From the NCBI GenBank assembly GCA_038231275.1, contig JBBRLQ010000023.1, forward strand, positions 32,001 through 96,000: a stretch of 64,000 nucleotides of DNA. The letters run 5' to 3'. This document shows positions 59,730 to 64,000 of this stretch, in pieces. Source of the stretch: Polyangiales bacterium (GTDB lineage Bacteria; Myxococcota_A; Polyangia; Polyangiales; Polyangiaceae). The notes under the pieces are model-generated. The model was not told where the DNA came from and searched no databases. It saw only the letters and a program-made list of their open reading frames with translations. Every line of letters starts with the position of its first letter. The first letter of the stretch is position 1. The translations under genes were made by a program, and so were the position numbers.

Positions 59730-60446
59730 ATGAGCGGGGACGACAAGCGCCGAGAGGCTCGTTACAAGGCGAGCGTTCCAGTGAAGGTGATCCGCGGCAA
59801 GGAGATCGTCTCCTTGGTGAGCGAGGACGTGAGCTTTCGCGGCGTCTTCGTGAAGATGGATCTCCCGCCCGCGCTCCGGCAGCTGGTGCGCCTCGAGGTG
59901 CTGCTCCCCGAAGGGCCATGCCTCAAGGTGCACGCGATGGTCGTCTTCCGCGTGCCGCCGGGGGGCAGCGCGGTCGCCGGAGCAGGGATGCAGTTTTACG
60001 GGCTCGAAGGGCGTGAGCGCGCGCAATGGGACGGCTTCGTGCAAACCGTGCGCGACGCGCAACCCAAGTCGACCCCTGATCCGGGCGCCGTCCAGCCCAT
60101 CGAGGCGATCGACGATCGGCGAGAGTTCGAGCGCTACGCGGTTCGCTTCGAGGTGAGGATGTCGACGATGGCGGAGCTTCGCACGCTGTACACGCGCGAC
60201 ATCTCCAAGGGCGGCATGGCCCTCGAGACGGACATGGACCTCCCGCCCGGCACCGACGTCGGGCTCGATCTCATCCACCCGCGGACGTCGGCGGCCTTCG
60301 AGCTCGAGGCGATCGTCCGCCGCCGCATCCGCCAGGCGAACGCGAGCGGCCTCGCCCTCGAGTTCAAGCAAATGTCCCCTGAGCGCCGCGCCGCCCTCGA
60401 GCGCTTCATCGCCACGAACGACAGCGGACGCCCGCGGGCGTCGTGA
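59730..60446 (+). CDS. Tandem PilZ-domain protein
   Basis: RREAR..DVSFRG and RREFER..DISKGG (RxxxR and DxSxxG, twice). Confidence 0.88.
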   Translation: MSGDDKRREARYKASVPVKVIRGKEIVSLVSEDVSFRGVFVKMDLPPALRQLVRLEVLLPEGPCLKVHAMVVFRVPPGGSAVAGAGMQFYGLEGRERAQWDGFVQTVRDAQPKSTPDPGAVQPIEAIDDRREFERYAVRFEVRMSTMAELRTLYTRDISKGGMALETDMDLPPGTDVGLDLIHPRTSAAFELEAIVRRRIRQANASGLALEFKQMSPERRAALERFIATNDSGRPRAS

Positions 60447-63400
60447 AAGCGGTCCACGCCCTTTTCCTCTTGTCGTGCGCCGCGTGCGCGGGCACGCCAC
60501 CATCGCCGATGACGAAAGCTCTCACCGCGCCGTCTTCTCGAGCCGCACCGGCCGCGCGCGTCGATCTCGACGGCGTCGCGGAAGGCGTCGCCGTTCGTGG
60601 CTTCGTTCCGTCGGCGATCTACGTCGACGACGCGGGCACCCGTCGCGGCGGTCGCTTCGTGCACGCGCGCACGCGCTTCGTCTTCGATTATCTGCGCCTC
60701 GAGTCGGCGGCGCAGGCGTTCGTGCACGTGACGACGTACCCCTCGTCGGACGGCGGCGAGCCGCACACGCAAGAGCACCTCCTCCTCGGCCGCGGCAACA
60801 AGGGGCGCTACCTCGGGAACTTCGATCACACGATGCTCGCCGAAGCGAGCGCGTTCACGGCGCAGTACCGGACGGCGTATCTCTTTCACACCGTCGGCGG
60901 CCCGGGGACCTTCTGGCCGCTCCTCTCGACGCACCTGGATGCGCTCCTCCGTCCCGATTACACCGACCTCGACATCCGGCGCGAGGTCCGCGACTGGGGC
61001 GTCGCGAAGGCACCGGACGGTAAGCTCTCTCTGTCGGAGAAGGGGACCGTCTACAACGAGATGGTCAATCGGACCGAGGACCCGAACGACATCGCGTGGT
61101 ACTCGGCGATGCGCATGATCTACGGTGACGATCACCCGCTCGCGGCAAACAGCGGCGGATCGCCCGAAGGCATTCGTGGCCTGACGCCCGAGAAAATAAG
61201 GCGATTTCACGCCGCGCACTACAAGATCGGCAACATGGGGATGATCGGATCGTTCCCGTCCTCCGTGTCGCTCGACACCGCGCTCGAGGAGGTAGGCAAG
61301 ACGCTCGACACGCTCACGCCGCCCGGCGACGACGCGCAGCGGTTCATGCGCGAGGCCGATCTGCCTCCGCCGCGCGGCGCTCCGGCGGGGACTCTTCGTG
61401 TCGTGGACTACCCGTACGCGTCGACCGATCATCCGAGCCCGATGCGCTTCGCGTGGCCGGCGAACGGCAAGCGAACCCTCGCCGAGCGCTGGGCCGCCGA
61501 CGCGTTCTTCCAAGCGTTCGGCGATGGGGCGGGCTCGACGCTCTACACCGCGCTCATCGATCAAAAGACGCGAGAGCTCGACGTCGGTGCGACCGCGGTG
61601 TGGTGTTGGGCGAGCAACGATCCCGGTCAGCCGATCAACGTCGCGCTGGACGGCGTCGCGGCGTCCCACGGAAGCGAAGCGTCGCTCCGCGCGGTGCGTT
61701 CCGTGGTCACCGCGCGACTGCGCGCGATCGCCGCGATGCCGGACGGGTCGAAGGAGCTCGCAGCCTTCCAAGAGCGGTACCGCGCGCGCCTCGTCGACTC
61801 GAAACGATGGCTCGACAAGTTCCTCGATACGCCGCCCGCGTTCGGGGCGCGCTCGACGGGCGACACGTGGCTCGTGCACCTCGAGCGCAACGTGAACGAA
61901 CAGGCGGGCTTCGTCCGATCGCTGACGGTGACCGACGCGCAGAAGGCCGCGTTCGCGATCGCCGACGCGAAGACGAACCCGTGGCGAGATCGCATCCGCG
62001 AGTGGGGTCTGCTCGAGGCGCCGTCCGGCGTGGTCGCGCGCGCGTCGCCGGCCCTTCGCAAGAGCCTGGACGACGCACGAACGGCGCGCGGGAAAGAAGA
62101 GCTCGCCCGGCTGGTGCGCGCGTACGGGACGACCGACGAGCAGGAGGCGCTCCGTCGCCGCGCCGCGGAGATCGCCCAGGGCGACGAAGAAATCGCGCGC
62201 GCGGAGGCGACCGTCCCGATGCCGCCGTTCCCCGCCGATCCGCCGATGACCAGCGACGACGCGATCACGTCGAAGGAGGTGTCCGTTCGCGGCGTCCCGG
62301 GCCTCCAGTCCACCTTCGATACGATGAAGAGCGCCACGGTCGGCCTCGCGCTCTCGCTCGACGGAGTCCCTGAGGATCTCTTCCCTTACCTCGCGGTCCT
62401 GCCGAGCGTGATGCAGGACGTCGGCGTCCTCGAGGGCGGCAAGCCTATTCCGTACGACGAGGTCCGCGATCGGTTGCGGCGTGAGGTGCTCGGCGCGAGC
62501 GCGTCCTTCGACGTCCGCTTCTCCAAGAAGCGCGCGGAGCTGGTCCTCGACGCGTCCGGCAACGACGAGGCGGAGACGCGGCGCGCCCTCCTCTGGATCC
62601 GCACCTTCCTGCTCCACCCCGATTGGCGCGTCGAAAACCTGCCGCGCATTCGCGACGTCGTGAACGAGCAGATGAAGGCGCACCACAGCGTGATGACGGC
62701 GCCGGAGGAGCATTGGTTCAAGACGGTCACCAACGCGTATTGGCGACAAGAAACGCCGGTGCTCGCGCACGCGGGGCTCTTCATCACGCGCGCGCACGAC
62801 GCGTTCCGTGTTTCGTGGATGCTCGCGGGCGGCGCCGACGTGAAGGGCTTCGGCGCGTTCGTGAGGCGGCTCGCGACCGCGGGAAAGAAGGGCGATCGCG
62901 CGTCTCTCGTGCGCCTCACGGCGGCGCTCGCCGACGTCGACAAGGAGCCGGCCACGTTGTCCGCCGACGCGGCGCCGCTCGTGATGGCCGCGCGTGCGTT
63001 CCCAGAGGGCGCGCGCCCGCTCCTCCGCAAGCTCGGGCGGGATCTCGGCGAGATGCTCACGGATCTCCCCGATGCGTCGCTCGGCGCCGACTGGGCGGCC
63101 ATGTGCACCCAGCTCGCGGACGACGCCGCGCGATCCCCAGCCGCCACGCTCGCGGCCTTCGAAAAGCTCCTCGGGCTCGTTCGCCACGCCGACCGCGCGC
63201 GCCTCTGGTCGGTCGGCGCCGCGAAGCACCACGCCGCGATCCAGGGGGACGTCGACGCGCTGGTGGCGGCGCTCGACCCCGCCCCGAGCGCTCGCGCCAA
63301 GGTCGCCGCCGGAACGCGCGTCACCGATCGCGCGCGGGCGCGCGGGGCGAAGGGCAGCGACCCGAAGGTCGTCGCGCTCGTGGATCCGAACCGCGCGAAT

Positions 63401-64000
63401 GGCTCGCTGTCGAGCACGACGCCGAGCGCGTCGTACGACGATCCCACCGACGTTGCCCTCGTGGACTACCTCACCGCAAACGTCTTCAACGGCACCGGCG
63501 GCCACTCCTTCTACAAGCGCATCTGGGGCGCTGGCCTCGCGTACAGCGGCTACTTGTCGACGTCGCCGTACTCCGGCCGCGCCGAGCTCTACACCGATCG
63601 CTGCTCCGATCTCGCGCAGCTCCTCCAGTTCACCGACGGCGAGGTGCGCCACAACAAGCCCGATCCGCGCGTGGCCGACTACGCCGTCGCGACCGCGTTC
63701 GCGTCGCGCGTCGGTGACACGTACGAATCGCGCGCGCGATGGGCCGCCGACGATCTCGTCTCCGGCGCGTCCCCCGCGCAGGTGCGCGCCTTCCGTTCGC
63801 GGCTGCTCGCGCTCCGGAGCAAGCCCGATCTCGCCAAGACCCTCCACGAGCGGCTCGTCCCCGTGTACGCGCCGCTCATCCCATCGCTCGCTCCCGGCGC
63901 GGCGCGACCCGCCGACGCGCTGATCTTCGCGATCGGCGCGGAGCCGCAGATCAAGGCGCTCGAGGCGCAGCTGCAGGCGGCCCTCGGCCCGTCGACCGTG
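60443..64000 (+). CDS. M16 (insulinase/PreP-like) zinc peptidase lipoprotein, 3' end outside the window; not in the ORF track
   Basis: GTG start overlaps the PilZ stop; VKAVHALFLLSCAAC lipobox; GEPHTQEHLLLG (HxxEH), KGTVYNEM, NSGG.P..I and GAGLAYSG motifs. Confidence 0.88.
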   Translation, partial: MKAVHALFLLSCAACAGTPPSPMTKALTAPSSRAAPAARVDLDGVAEGVAVRGFVPSAIYVDDAGTRRGGRFVHARTRFVFDYLRLESAAQAFVHVTTYPSSDGGEPHTQEHLLLGRGNKGRYLGNFDHTMLAEASAFTAQYRTAYLFHTVGGPGTFWPLLSTHLDALLRPDYTDLDIRREVRDWGVAKAPDGKLSLSEKGTVYNEMVNRTEDPNDIAWYSAMRMIYGDDHPLAANSGGSPEGIRGLTPEKIRRFHAAHYKIGNMGMIGSFPSSVSLDTALEEVGKTLDTLTPPGDDAQRFMREADLPPPRGAPAGTLRVVDYPYASTDHPSPMRFAWPANGKRTLAERWAADAFFQAFGDGAGSTLYTALIDQKTRELDVGATAVWCWASNDPGQPINVALDGVAASHGSEASLRAVRSVVTARLRAIAAMPDGSKELAAFQERYRARLVDSKRWLDKFLDTPPAFGARSTGDTWLVHLERNVNEQAGFVRSLTVTDAQKAAFAIADAKTNPWRDRIREWGLLEAPSGVVARASPALRKSLDDARTARGKEELARLVRAYGTTDEQEALRRRAAEIAQGDEEIARAEATVPMPPFPADPPMTSDDAITSKEVSVRGVPGLQSTFDTMKSATVGLALSLDGVPEDLFPYLAVLPSVMQDVGVLEGGKPIPYDEVRDRLRREVLGASASFDVRFSKKRAELVLDASGNDEAETRRALLWIRTFLLHPDWRVENLPRIRDVVNEQMKAHHSVMTAPEEHWFKTVTNAYWRQETPVLAHAGLFITRAHDAFRVSWMLAGGADVKGFGAFVRRLATAGKKGDRASLVRLTAALADVDKEPATLSADAAPLVMAARAFPEGARPLLRKLGRDLGEMLTDLPDASLGADWAAMCTQLADDAARSPAATLAAFEKLLGLVRHADRARLWSVGAAKHHAAIQGDVDALVAALDPAPSARAKVAAGTRVTDRARARGAKGSDPKVVALVDPNRANGSLSSTTPSASYDDPTDVALVDYLTANVFNGTGGHSFYKRIWGAGLAYSGYLSTSPYSGRAELYTDRCSDLAQLLQFTDGEVRHNKPDPRVADYAVATAFASRVGDTYESRARWAADDLVSGASPAQVRAFRSRLLALRSKPDLAKTLHERLVPVYAPLIPSLAPGAARPADALIFAIGAEPQIKALEAQLQAALGPSTV

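Noticed and set aside
60134..63847. 1237-aa minus-strand ORF
   Set aside because: Shadow of the + strand M16 peptidase, which carries the HxxEH motif.

Overview
GC-rich chromosomal window whose gene content suggests a myxobacterium (Polyangiales/Labilithrix-like; inferred from many Cys-rich lipoproteins with DAG/PT/SG linkers, a Ser/Thr kinase, PilZ proteins and an ECF sigma). About 50 genes are supportable. They include carB, an operon-like run of FliJ/YscO-like protein, lytic transglycosylase and AddB/AddA-like helicase-nucleases with a convergent radC, and a SpoIVB(S55)/beta-propeller pair. Also present are cstA, hemolysin III, a MacAB-type exporter with two permeases, a P450, a sedolisin, Sua5/TsaC, an anthranilate/salicylyl-CoA-type accessory cluster, a tandem PilZ protein and a truncated M16 peptidase. 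No tRNA, rRNA, CRISPR array, integrase or transposase was seen. Top leads: (1) a translationally coupled gene pair that looks like a split bacterial vitellogenin/apoB/MTP-type lipid-transfer protein (34372-39239); (2) a ~215-nt multi-stem structured intergenic element, a candidate ncRNA (50822-51034); (3) a 685-bp islet flanked by a duplicated 3' end of a GH114 gene; (4) TANNNT boxes 6-7 nt before many start codons, suggesting widespread leaderless mRNAs; (5) an unlisted 55-aa basic protein behind a strong sigma70-type promoter. All family calls come from motifs read by eye; no database search was run.
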